From: Epiperipatus broadwayi
Taxonomy: Eukaryota; Animalia; Onychophora
Assembly (NCBI GenBank): GCA_028023455.1
Contig: JAQFVV010000009.1
Coordinates: 1,116,001 to 1,180,000, forward strand
Direction of reading: 5' to 3'
DNA: 64,000 bases
Shown here: positions 1 to 12,400 of the stretch, piece after piece
Numbering within the stretch: the stretch's first letter is position 1
How the letters are laid out: every line of letters starts with the position of its first letter
Made by a program: the position numbers and the translations under genes
Notes under the pieces: generated by a model
What the model was told of the DNA's origin: nothing
Seen by the model: the letters and a program-made list of their open reading frames with translations, nothing else
Databases searched by the model: none

Positions 1-553
1 ATGTTAGAAGGTAACAGCTATAAATATCTTGTTCAGATTATTAATGCAGATAGAAATATAATGGATAAAATTAATCATAGAATTAAACTTGTTTGGAGTG
101 CTTTTGGTAGAAATAACTTGATACTAAAAGGAAATATGCCTATGTGTTTGAAAAGGAAGGTTTTTAGTAAATGTGTTTTATCAGTTCTTACTTATAAATC
201 TGAGACTTGGACACTTAATAGAAGAGCAATACAGAAACTTCAGTATGGAGAGATGCATGTTATGAGTAAGATCGAAAACACAATATATAGGTAAGTGTTA
301 CTAACCTCATTGAAAAAATTAAAAGACTGAAGTGGAGTTGTGCTGGACATATTGCTAAAAGAGATAATAGATGGACAATTGAAATCTTAAACTGGATTCC
401 AAGAGATTGTAAAACATCCAGAAAAAGATCACGTGTGAGGTGGATGGATCAAATAAGAAAGTGTGCAGGGGTAATGTGAAGAAACTAAAGATCGGAGATG
501 GATTGAACTTGGAGAGACCTTCATCCTGCAGTGGATTGATAATGGTTGATGAT
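1..553 (+). mobile_element. RTE-clade LINE, 3' fragment
   Basis: ORF 1..294 (YKYL..., KLVWSAFGRNN...LKRKVF...VLTY.SETWTL), then frameshifted RT C-terminus ending in a (GAT)n-type tail. About 90% similar by eye to the copies at 18.3 and 43.7 kb. Confidence 0.9.
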
Positions 554-1205
554 AATATACATTTTATTACAATTGTTTGTATTGTATAATTAATTCATTT
601 TATTTTTGTTACATTTGAATGCTTTATCATTATTATTAATTTTTAATCTATATATATATATATAAACCTATAGATATCATTATGGATGTAATGTAAATTA
701 AGATTAAAATATTTGCTAAAAAATGCTTTTTTTATTAATATCTTCCTCTTCAAATTAAGAATCAAATAATCTTAATATTTGTCTCATTATTAAGTTGAAA
801 TTATTAATAAAAGCACTTAGCAAAGTTGGAATATATTTAATGTTATGAACTGTCACTGACATTAAATCTTTAATAGTGATGATAAAAAAATTATATTTAG
901 ATATTACAAAGTAACAAATTCAGTCTTCTTATATTTATTTGATGAAATATGCAAATAATAAAAGAACATTATAAAAGGTATTTTGCATACACCCATCCAT
1001 TTGGTATTGCATCAAAAGAACATGCCATTGATAGTTTGTATAACTTATAATAAAAATAAGGTACCTTTGATATTTCACATTCCAATACACTAGCGAATAT
1101 TTGATTCTAAGGCAGTTGGCAAATAGAAGGATTTGAACTCCATTTTTCCATCTATTCATCTTCCACTCTTAATTCAAGTAACCTATATACATGCGAAATA
1201 GATAC

Positions 1206-1264
1206 ACGATTCCTGATATACGTATTTCATGCAGAACCAGCATTCATCAATTGGGCCAGATCAT
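1206..1264 (-). ncRNA. Type I hammerhead motif, family A unit 1 (C3>U, stem I 3' arm decayed)
   Basis: ATGATCTGGCCCAA TTGATGA ATGC-TGGTTCT-GCAT GAAA TACGTAT A/TCAGG. Confidence 0.75.
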
Positions 1265-1677
1265 AATCTCCCACATTATATATGATCAATACTCTGTTTA
1301 TATTAAGATAGCAACTCCTCAAATTTTAATGGAAAAGCTTCAATCTTCTCTCCCAATTGTTCAATCATCCATTTCATTGAAACACCAATGATGGAATGCT
1401 CAACACCCTTGTGGTATTTGATAGTCATACCTATGTAGATATTACATCAATCTAACCCCTCATATTCTCAGACATTACATATCCGTATATATTAATAGAT
1501 GGGCTGAATTTATATTAATTTGTAATCCATTTACTAAGCAATATGTAATTTTGCTTATTTTAGGTATTCTTATATTTGTAAATAGAGGGATTTGAACTCA
1601 GGATTTTTCAGTTTATTCATCCTTCTCTCTAATCTCAAGCAACTAATACACATAACCATGCACATAAAAAAAAGTTA

Positions 1678-1736
1678 TATGAAACCAATATACGTATTTC
1701 ATGTAGAGCCAGTATTCATCAGTTGGCCCACATCAT
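1678..1736 (-). ncRNA. Type I hammerhead motif, family A unit 2 (core intact, stem II damaged)
   Basis: GCCAA CTGATGA ATAC-TGGCTCT-ACAT GAAA TACGTAT A/TTGG. Confidence 0.8.
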
Positions 1737-2128
1737 AATCTTCCACATATATATATAATCAGTGCTCAGTTTGTATTAAGATAGCAATTCCTCAAACTTT
1801 AATGAACAGGCTTCATTTTCCTTATCCCTTCAACTATTCAACTGACCATTTCATTGAAAAACTGACAATGAAATGCTCCAAGCCCTTGTTAGAATTGATA
1901 TTATAGCCATGCCCATGTAGCCATTATGTAATCATATATTAATAGGAGAGGGATGAGCTGAACTTATATTAAGATGTAATGTACTTCCCAAGCAATAAGT
2001 AATTCTAAGGCATACTGGATGTTCTTATATATGTAAATAAGGGGATTTGAACTAAGGATTTTTCAGTTTATTCATCTTCCACTCTATCTCACGCAAACAA
2101 TATACATTATCACATGTCAAAAAGATAC

Positions 2129-2187
2129 ATGATCCCCAATATACATACTTCATGCAGAACTAGCATTCATCAGTTGAGTCAGATCAT
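2129..2187 (-). ncRNA. Type I hammerhead motif, family A unit 3 (stems intact, GAAA>GAAG)
   Basis: ATGATC-TGA-CTCAA CTGATGA ATGC-TAGTTCT-GCAT GAAG TATGTAT A/TTGGG-GATCAT. Confidence 0.8.
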
Positions 2188-3159
2188 AATCTCCCACACA
2201 TATATACAATCAGTGCTTAGTTTATATTAAGATAACAACTCCTCAAACTCTAATGGACAAGCTTCAATCTTCTCGCTCTTCCCACTATTTAACTGCCCAT
2301 TTTATTGATGAAAAAAACCTCAAAGTCCTTATTGGATTTGATACTAGTCATACCCATAGGTATTACATGAATATAATTCTTCATAGTAGCAGACATTATG
2401 TATCCATATATACTAATAGGAGAGGGATGGGCTGAAAAATTCTAAGTTCAAATCCCTCTACATATAAAAGAAACAGTCAGTGAAAGCAAAATTACATACC
2501 ACCTTAGAATTATATATGAATACTAAGGTTTGATAATATTAATGGTTAGAATGACTTTGTCTACATGGGTATGACTATAATATCAAATCCAACAAGGGCT
2601 TTTAGTATTTCATCGGTTTTTAAGAAATGAATAATTCCTCAAACTTTAATGGACAAGCTTCAATTTTCTTACCCTTCTAACTATTCAATTGTCCATTTCT
2701 TGAAAAACTGATGATGAAATAATCAAAGCCCTTGTTGGATTTGATATTATAGTCATACCCATGTAGACATAAGATCATTCTAACCATTCATATGATCAAA
2801 CCTTAGTATTCATATATAATTCTAAGGCAGTATGTAATTTTGCTTACACTGGATGTTTCTTATATATGTAGAGGGATTTGAATTTTTCAGATTTGAATTT
2901 AGAAATTTTTCAGCCCATCCCTCTCCTATTAGTATATATGGATACATAACGTCTGCTATTATGAAGGTTATATTGATGTAATGCTTACGGGTATGACTAT
3001 AGCATCAAATCCAATAAGGGCTTTAAGTTTTGTTTTCATCAATAAAATGGGAAGTTAAATAGTTGGAAGAGTGAGAAGATTGAAGCTTGTCCATTAGAGT
3101 TTGAGAAATTACTATCTTAATATAAACTGAACGCTAATTGTATATGTGCATGGGAGATC

Positions 3160-3218
3160 ATGATCTGGCCCAATTGATGAGTGTTGGTCCTGCCCAAAAT
3201 ACATATATTGGGGATCAT
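3160..3218 (+). ncRNA. Decayed hammerhead, family A inverted copy
   Basis: ATGATC-TGG-CCCAA TTGATGA GTGT-TGGTCCT-GCCC AAAA TACATAT A/TTGGG-GATCAT. Stem I is perfect and the core is mutated. Confidence 0.7.
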
Positions 3219-6200
3219 GTATCTTTTTCATACCCAGACGATCGTGTGTAATAATTGCTTGAGATAGAGTGGAGGATGAATAGACCGAAAAATCCTGAGT
3301 TCAAATCCCTATATTCCCTTTTTTTAAAATCTCAGAAACAATATTTTCACAAATAACCTGTTGTCTTTGTTATTTTAATCATAAAATCAAATTGGATTAG
3401 GAAAGATGGATTATAAATTAATGTTATTAGAAAGGTCATACTTTTCACTGAACTTTTCAACAATTATACTAGTGATCATAAGATTGTAAATAATGACCAT
3501 ATTTTAAACTGAATAAGTTTCACCAGGCAAGCAAGGGCTTTGTTCATACTGAAAGAATATGATGTAGAAAAACAAACTACTTATAATAATCATATTGGTT
3601 GAAGGTAAAATGTTGAACTTCATGCAATGCTAATAGAGAATTCCAAGTCAGCAAAATGTGATTAGATTCATAAAATTGAATGCCTGAATTATGCATATTG
3701 ATAGAAAACTTTTAATGTGCTGAATTGGGTAATGCTAAAAGAAAAGAATGAAACACTATAATTTACATCTGATTTTTTATAGATCTAATGAAATGAAAGT
3801 TACATCACAATTCAAATGAAAAAAAAATTTAAAACTCCATCTGACACATCCTTCATGAAACAAAAACAATTAGCTTATACAGAGCAGGCACTTAATAAAT
3901 GCTAATTCAGTAGTAGTACAAAGTCTAATAACTTTGGTAGGGATCTTAATTAATCAGTTCTCACTATAAAAATGCTATTTCTCAAATGTTGGATGTGAAC
4001 ACATAAATTAAATGACCTGAAAAGTAACTCATCAATTAAATGATTATAAAACTGACAGCCCACAAAAGTCACAAATGCAATATCTATCATAAATGATAAG
4101 AGAAAGTCCCCAAAGTCAGTTTTTTTAAGATTATCGAAGGTGTGAATCATCTCTGTAAGAATCCAAAATTAGTATATTTAATATGCAAATGACAAAATTA
4201 AATACATTTTTATAATAAAACTATTTAAGTATCCTCTGTTCACTGTTTAACTAAGATGATGTATATATAATAGCCAAATTCTGATTTGTAAATTATAACA
4301 AGACCTGCTACAAAGAACCTCTTTATTAATTGTACCAAGAATTAACACCACTAATTACAAAAGGTTTTTAATAAATAGATTTTATTTACAAAAATGATTT
4401 AGTTGCAAAATAACAAATCATCTTATGTTCCCTAAGTGTCATAGGTGTAAATAATTATTTTTTTCAAAAATTGTTTAAAGTTAAAATTCATCAACAATAA
4501 ACGTTAAATGTGGAATAAAATAATTTGTGTGTATTTAACATAAGATTTTAAAAACACATCATTATAAATATTGCTTGGAATTTAGATATTTTAATAAATG
4601 AAATGAATGGAACACATATTTTTATAGAGAATACATATTATCAACTTATGAATCTTAGAATTATAGTTTTACTAACATGATTTATATAATTGTAAATATT
4701 TTATCCATTATGTTTTTCTTCTGTGTGTAATGTATATTTTTTAACTACTGTCTGGGATTATTTAATAAATTTTTTTGGACAATTTTTTATGGTTATATAA
4801 ACTAGCAGTGTCTAATTTGTTTCTATATTTTTTTAATGTTAATTAAAAATTATACATATAAAATAAAAAAATAATTGGCATATTTGTAATCTGAAATAAA
4901 CATTTGAAGTGATGCAGCTTCGAGTTGCTCTTTTGTAATATGAATTCATAACTTTAATAAAAGTTTCATTATATGTCTTTCTAACCATGATAAAATTAAT
5001 CTATTTATATTTGATCATAAAACAGTATTTGTTTTAATACCAATAGTAATACGACCCACAAAGGAATAGTTCACTAATAATTACAAATTCATTTTTGCCA
5101 AATATTTGATATATATTAAAGTCTTAATTTTTTTTAGGTATAAGTATCCACTCTGAAACTAAATTGATAGAGACAATAGATGGCAGTACCACTTGAAATC
5201 ACCCCCAAAGGTCTGGTTGTTAGAATATGCATATATATGATCCAAAAAATATGCATGAATATGATCCAAAAAAACCACAAATATACCAGTTGCCAACATT
5301 TGCAATTAGTCCGGTGATCCAGATAATTTTACTTATAATAAACAAACATGGGTAATGATGGTAATTATTTAATATATTTACCTTATTACTTGCGGCACCT
5401 TGATTATTTTTAAATTTTACCCAAAATTTCAATATCAATATTTAATACCTGTTTATGTACTCATAATTCTCTAAATTAGTTGACATTTTTGACTGTACAA
5501 GTCTTCTTTAGAACTTTTTTGCTTCTGTTTCATTTATAAATGTTGGGAAAATGTCAAAATATGCAGCTCAATATATCTACCTTTGTGAATCCATTCATTA
5601 CAAAGAATGGCAATGCAAATAATCATTAAACCTCTGAAGTAAATCTTTCTAGCAAGTTAGCATAATTCAGCAAGAAGTTTCATGCATGGATATTGACAAG
5701 ATTGGCATCATGCCATTAACTATAAATGAAAATATTGATATTTCTGATATCACATTACTTTTCCACTAAGTGCAGATGCAGACATTGATGAACTTATCTA
5801 AAACATATTTGCTTATTCCCAAATGTTAGCCTGACACTGCTCCTTTACTCTACTGCTTTTAACTTTTAGGTACCAATTTCTCCAGTTAGTTTAGCATTCC
5901 TAATTAAAACAACTGTCCTAACTTTTTACCTAATGTTCATTATATAATAGCGAGTGGTATTTTTCTACCCCTCCCATTACCAAAGATACTGTATTGTTAG
6001 TTAATAAAAGTTGTAATTACTAATTAGGCTTATTAGAAATATGTGCTTATAGGGTCCAAAATATATTCATTACAAAGCTGGGAACAGATTTCTTGATGGT
6101 GAAAATTTTTAATTTTTCTTACCATCATTATGGCTTCCACAGCTGTTTTTCTGCAGAGTGGCTGATTTTAATGTTTTAATTTGACTTTAATTAATGTTAA

Positions 6201-9200
6201 ATTTTTAACTGTTTCTGTTACTAATTCAAATTAATTCAGTGTTGAATATTTTTAAACACTCACAAAGTATACTTATATATTATTTATTTAATTAAACTAT
6301 AAAAAGTGAACAATATAAACTAATTTAAATTAAGATTATAAGACTTAAAAATCTAGAGGTTAAGCTTTTCTCAAATTATATTCATTTTCTATAAATAGTT
6401 GTAAAAATTATTTATCAATGCTACATATGTTTTTGATTTATACAAATCCCTGTTATGATTTTTAGGAGTAACTACCGAATGATACTCTAATTAATCATAA
6501 GTAATGTATTATGATAATGTTCAGTGTTTGGGATCTTTTTTTTTAATGCTTAATAATAAAATCTAGTGATGCCATTGACTTAATGAGCTATAATTTTTAT
6601 TAGATAACTTACTGAAAAAAAAAAAAAAATTATAGAAATATATCATAAATAGTAATATCCTGCTAAAATGCAGCATAAATCAGTTTTTAAAAAGTTTATT
6701 AAACTTAAATTAATTTTTAAAAAAATCGTTTAAAATTTATACATTTTTTTATTTATTATTTCAGCCAATTCATTCACTTTAAGAGTAGTTTTTTTTCCAT
6801 AAATCCATATTCAAAAGTTTTTTTATGAAGTGATAAATCTCTGAAACCTAAATACTCAACATGTTTGAAAAACTAGTGTGTATGTTCGGCCCTGTGGTAT
6901 CTAAATATTCTGAATTATTTAACTATGCAGAAGCATTTCTAACAAACATACGCATGATCGAGCAATTGCCAGTCCCATTACTATATTGTTAATGATAATA
7001 CACTACATAAGTTTATAGTGTTGTAATTAGCCTAATGCAGGATTTGATCTGGGATTCAAATCTAGAATGAAACCAATTTTTTTTTTCAGAAATGAATTTC
7101 CCAAATAAGCTTAATATTTTTCAGGGAACTAGTCTAGTTATTGAAGACTATAAATAATAATGAATGCAAAACATGCAGCTTTCACTATTGATGAGAGGAA
7201 TGTCTTATACGTGTGTGTGTGTATATATATTAAAGTGAAGAATTCTCAGTGGTGTCACATCATTTGTGTTATTTTCAATTCTTGTCATTTCATAGTTCTA
7301 TCATCTTACCAAGAATTGATGATTGCATATATGTATATTTATAGCATGTAAGTGCTATTTTTCAGAGGTTACAGACTAAAAGTTCTGAGTTGCTTTATAA
7401 ATATTTTGGAGATGAAAAATTTTATTAAAAGAATGTATTAAAAAAAAAAAATCATGAGAATTGTTTAAATAAAAGTATACTTTCCTTAAGATATGTACTT
7501 ATTGAAAACAAAAATCTGATAAGACCAAGGCAAATAGTTAACCATCATGTTTATCTGGCTTTACTTTTTTTAACTTCCATAGTCTCAAAATTTTTTAATG
7601 TATTTTTTTTTTTATCTCATTTCAATAACATTATCTTTGTCTATTAAATAATTTGTTTTAAAGTCATCTTTATCCAATCCTTTCTAATTGTCTTTATCTA
7701 AAAATAAATGACTATTTTCAACTTTTTCTTTTCAAAATTTACAAAACAAACTTCCACAAATTATGTTATTTATATTCTATTGTCACCAGTAATTCTGATC
7801 AAATTTTAATGAGTAAGCTACTTTTCATTTTATTATTATCTCATTCTTGATAAGTTAATTCAAACTCTAATTTTCCATATTGTTCTCATCTCTTTAATAT
7901 TTGTAAATATTCTGCCCCAATCCAAATAATTCACTCATTTCTTTTATCAAATTCTTTAATATATCCTACTGCATTTCTTATTCAACTTGGTGCATGACCT
8001 TTTCTTAAAACCAACTTAAAATGATTGCAATTATTCTATCACTATCCACAAATTGCAATCTATCAAATATTTAGAATTTGCTTTTTGTATCCCTTGTAAA
8101 AAATTGATCATCCTATCTCCAGAACTGTTCCATTTCCTATCTTTTTGTTTCTCTTATAATTTTCTTCAAAAATTCTAAAGTCCTTTAATAAATTCAGGGT
8201 ACCTCAAACCCTTATGTTAAACCTGATAGTGCAAATACCTTCCGTACAATCATTATTACAACATATTTATTAAATAAAAAGTATTAATTTCTTCATCAGG
8301 TTTTCTTTTAATCATTTTTATTTCTCAATTATCTGAACAATCTTTTTTATTTATCTTATCCATAAATATATCTTTATATGTTCTTCTTTGGCATTTACTT
8401 TCATTATTTTTTATTTTGCTTCATTAAATATAATTATTTTATAACCATCTTTAAACTAATTTCCAAAAATAATTCTATATTTTTTATACATAAAAAAAAT
8501 ATTATCAGCAAACAAATCATTTAATCATCCAATATAAGTATTTCAATATCCAAATCCTTTTTTTAATTTCCATTTCTTTTAAATATAATAAAAATAATAT
8601 AGAGCAATCCTACTTTAAGTCACTGTTATGTTTAGTTCTAATTGATTACATTTTCTAAGATAATAATTATTTTCATACAGTTTTCTAAATAAATCCATTA
8701 TTTCTTAATTCATTTCCATGTTTATTAAAGCTGAACACAATCTATTTTCTTACTCATTTCTATCACTTGTGTAATTATATATAAACTATCACTTTTACGT
8801 CTATCAGATCTAAAATCTTAATGCATTTCTTCCACCATACAATCTTCCAACTCATTTAATTATTTTTCAACCAAGAAATATTTTATAGATCATTGAAGTT
8901 ACTGCACTTGTCTTTAATTAATCAGGTCTCTATAGTCTATATTCTTGTCTTTAAATAACAACTCATTTTTATAATTTTTCAAAATGTCTAGAATTTTTGT
9001 TTACTGTATTAAAATATTTTAATAGAACCGTTTTTAATCATAATTTCCATGCATCCATATCTTACCTTTTCATTTTTTCAATTTTTTAGGTGTTTAATTT
9101 AAATTATTCTCTGTAAACTTATTTGCTTTACTATAATCATTACAATTAAACATCACATGATCACTATTTCTTATGCTTGCTTATAACTGTTATTAAAACA

Positions 9201-9305
9201 GGCAAAACTCACTATACGTATTGCCACACACAGCAAGCTAGAGTAATCAATGGATGCCAGAAGGCTTATGCATAAAATTCCCATCTAGTGTCTACTCATC
9301 CAATA

Positions 9306-9347
9306 TCCTCAGACTAGTTTCGGGCTTATGGCCTTTGTCAGTGAGGA
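9306..9347 (-). ncRNA. Minimal type I hammerhead, family B left arm
   Basis: TCCTCA CTGACAA A GGC-CATAA-GCC C GAAA CTAGT C/TGAGGA. 6-bp stem I, palindromic stem III (ACTAGT), GUC triplet, and a G8>A change in the core. Confidence 0.8.
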
Positions 9348-9383
9348 GCCTAGATCTAGGTGCAGAGCTCTCAGATCCAAGGC

Positions 9384-9425
9384 TCCTCACTTGCGAAGGC
9401 CACAAGCCAGAAACTAGTCCGAGGA
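9384..9425 (+). ncRNA. Minimal type I hammerhead, family B right arm
   Basis: TCCTCA CTTGCGA A GGC-CACAA-GCC A GAAA CTAGT C/CGAGGA. Two changes in the 5' core. Confidence 0.7.
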
Positions 9426-12400
9426 TATTGGATGAGTAGGCACTAGATGGGGATTTTATGCACAAGCCTTCTTGCATTCATTGATTACTGTAGCTTGCTG
9501 TGTGTGGCAATACGCATAGTGAGTTTTGCTGTTTTAATAATCATTACAATTGTACTTTGATTTTCTCTTATGTCTAAATTTGTTTCTATTTTCAAAATCA
9601 TTTCTACATACGATGTCAAACAGTGCAATTTTTGTTTTCATTTTGCATATACTTTTTATAATTTCTCTATTTATATAAATTTGGATTTACCTAGACAATT
9701 CCTTCATACATAAAATGCAAAACATTAGAAAAATATAATGCTCAAGACAATTAAGTTATCAAATCTCAAACTATGAGAATTTATGATTATTGTAGAATTT
9801 ACTTAAAATATTTTCATATTCTGCATGATTAATGCACCTCAAGAAGAAATTAGGCTTATTCAAAAAATCACGAAATGAATTATGTTACTCAAGTTATTGC
9901 CAGAACATATATTACTTTTCTGTACACCACAGGCTATTTTTTTATTAACTGGATATCAATTACAAATATATGAAAAATATTTCTTATAGCAAAGTAAAAA
10001 ATAACATGAACTTATTCTGACAAGTTTAAAAAAAAAAAAATCAGAATGTAAAACATTTTTATTGCCTCTGATATCATCCAAGATGTTAATTAAATAACCA
10101 GTAAATTATTTTAAGTAATGCAACCAAAGTTACACATATAAAATAGATCCCCCATCATCATTCATATTTTCAGCAATCCATAATTTGGAAAAATATTTAA
10201 CAAATAATATAGAAATGAATGGATTTGTAAATTTAATATGCTTACCTATCTGTCTGAATAGTGTCATGAATTATCTCTCATTCTACCATTTTCTCATCTT
10301 GCACACTTAGTCTTACAATTGTTTTCTTGCAATTTAATTATTGTTAAATCTTTTTTATAATTTAATTACTCTATTTTTTGTGTAAATTATTTTTGCTGAT
10401 ATTTTAATACGTGCATTATGAAAATTAAATTATAAATGTGTGTTTATTTATTATACATGTATTATGTAGGGTTTGCAATTATACATGATTTCAGATATCT
10501 GCAAGAAAATTCAGAAGCAAATGCAATGAGTATGTGGGAACAATTATGTGTATATATACATATACCATGTCAACAACTGTTTATCATGTATAAATTATAT
10601 CATCACAACCAATGCTTAATAAATTAAATTTTATTATCTAAATTTGTGTTGCCTTGACAACACATTACTATCATTCTATTAGTTTATTTAGGTATTCAAT
10701 GCGATGTTGTAATTTATATATACAGTATACATCCACAAATAACCTGAAAAGGATCACAAGAAACTGTCATTAAAAAAATAGTCTATAAAATAATACAATA
10801 AGACTATTTATTTTAAAAGAAAATTTTATTTCTTTGTCAGATGATAATGTGTAATGAAGTATTACCTACAACCAATAATTGCAAAAACACAGAGATAAAA
10901 ATTAGTTAAAAATAAAAGAAGACATGGAAATATTTAGTTTCTATAAATGTCAAATATTGATGCTAAAAGATGGGCAGATTTTAATAAAACATGAAAAAGT
11001 AGGTGCTAAAATGTATAGATATTGATAACTTTGCTATGTAAAAGCATTTATTGATACATTTGAATTTTCATTATTTATAGCAAAACTATATAAGATGTTT
11101 CTCAATAATAAATAAAATGTTTTGTCTATTGTGGCAAATAAATAATATAAAATACTGTTATACATTTGAAATTCTATGTTTAAAGTAAAAATAAAAATAT
11201 CAAAAATTTATATAAAATTACAATTCATTCATTCATCTAACAGGATATAGTGGATATCAGGCTTTTGCCTCTCCCCACTCTATAACAATTTATATGCAAA
11301 TACTGTCAATTAAAATTAAAAGGAAGTATAAATAAATTCAATAACTTGTTTATGCATAATTGATCTTCTGGTAGGAATCACTGTTTTATACTGAACATAT
11401 GTAACAGTAATTAATGCAAAAATTCTGAACATTCTAAGGTTTCAAACCCTTATAAAAATATAACATTACATCAGTAACTATATTTTAAAGACCTTAAGCA
11501 AAAGCTAACTGCAGGCATCTTTGATTTCTGATGAAAAGATGGAATATATATCAAATAAAACACCATCCCTCATATAACTTGATGCAAATTACATTTAGTC
11601 AGATGGAGTCACATAATGTTTTCTTATGGTGTAAGTAGGATATGGTTTATTCCTTACAAATATAATAAAAAAAAGTTATTAATTTTTATTTTCATTAATT
11701 AAAGATATAATAGTAGTATACCTAATAAAAAGATACTTTATATATTAGTATTTAGAAAAAGCTTTTTATAGCTACAAATTATTTAATTAGTCATTCCCAA
11801 CTTTTAAGTTAATAGTATTTAATAAAGATATCTAAAAAATTTATAGAAACTTATCATATATTGAAAGCTATTTTTTGTAACATATTCAAGAATTGTTGCA
11901 TTTCATAGAATATTAATCCTAAATTTTAATTGAAGTATTAATTTGTTCATATATTGTTTATCCATCAAGCACATATAGAAATATATGCATGTTTGATATA
12001 CATTTAAATAAAGATATGATACATTTCATATATGGAAACAATAAGCTTAACTTACTGTAAGGTAAAGTTTTCCTGTATTTATGGATATGTTATCAAATTG
12101 AAACAATGATTATCATTAGTCACTATCCCCTCCCCAATCATTAAAAATTATTTCCCTCCATCATCAAAATAAAATATTTTCAACAACTATCTGTATGAAT
12201 TAAAAACATCAATTATTTTTCATTATTAAAGAATGATTTAAGTCTAGATAATGTATATATATGAACTTGAAATTTATTATCTATTAAAATTCATTGAGAG
12301 AATGTAGATGAAAAATAATTATGTTAAATCACAAATAAAAATGTGTGTCTTAAAACATTAGTTACTCATTTGTTTATGTCAAATTGAATTTGTTTCTCTT

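Larger units (their letters stand above)
1100..3311 (-). mobile_element. Tandem and inverted array of about 450-470 bp hammerhead-bearing (retrozyme-like) repeats
   Basis: Three direct units with homologous HHR cores near 1217, 1689 and 2140, followed by an inverted copy. Arms of about 2040-2630 and 2700-3311 are reverse complements. Confidence 0.85.
9148..9536. mobile_element. Palindromic HHR-bearing insertion (Penelope pLTR-like inverted duplication) with 15-bp TSD
   Basis: ATAATCATTACAATT at 9133-9147 and 9537-9551. Arms of about 170 bp at 9190-9358 and 9371-9540, with a 42-nt asymmetric left extension. Confidence 0.85.
7500..9690 (-). mobile_element. Highly degenerate LINE (RT and C-terminal CCHC remnants), related to the 24.7-27.8 kb element and interrupted at 9148-9536
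   Basis: Minus-strand remnants GLK.GCSILFLLY (about 8590-8615), LFADNI (about 8505-8520), SLLIKI*SELL...FCKF...SHLFLD (about 7710-7820). Many stops and frameshifts. Confidence 0.7.

Noticed and set aside
3320-4200. Coding-like composition
   Set aside because: No sustained frame or motif; possibly an unrecognisable TE relic.
9254-9477. Mirror-image 61-aa ORFs on both strands
   Set aside because: A consequence of the DNA palindrome, with no protein signature.
6118-11635. Possible exons of a second gene (donor-like sites at 6118, 10243 and 11630; acceptor-like sites at 11243 and 11514)
   Set aside because: Stops in all frames or no matching acceptor; no recognisable protein.
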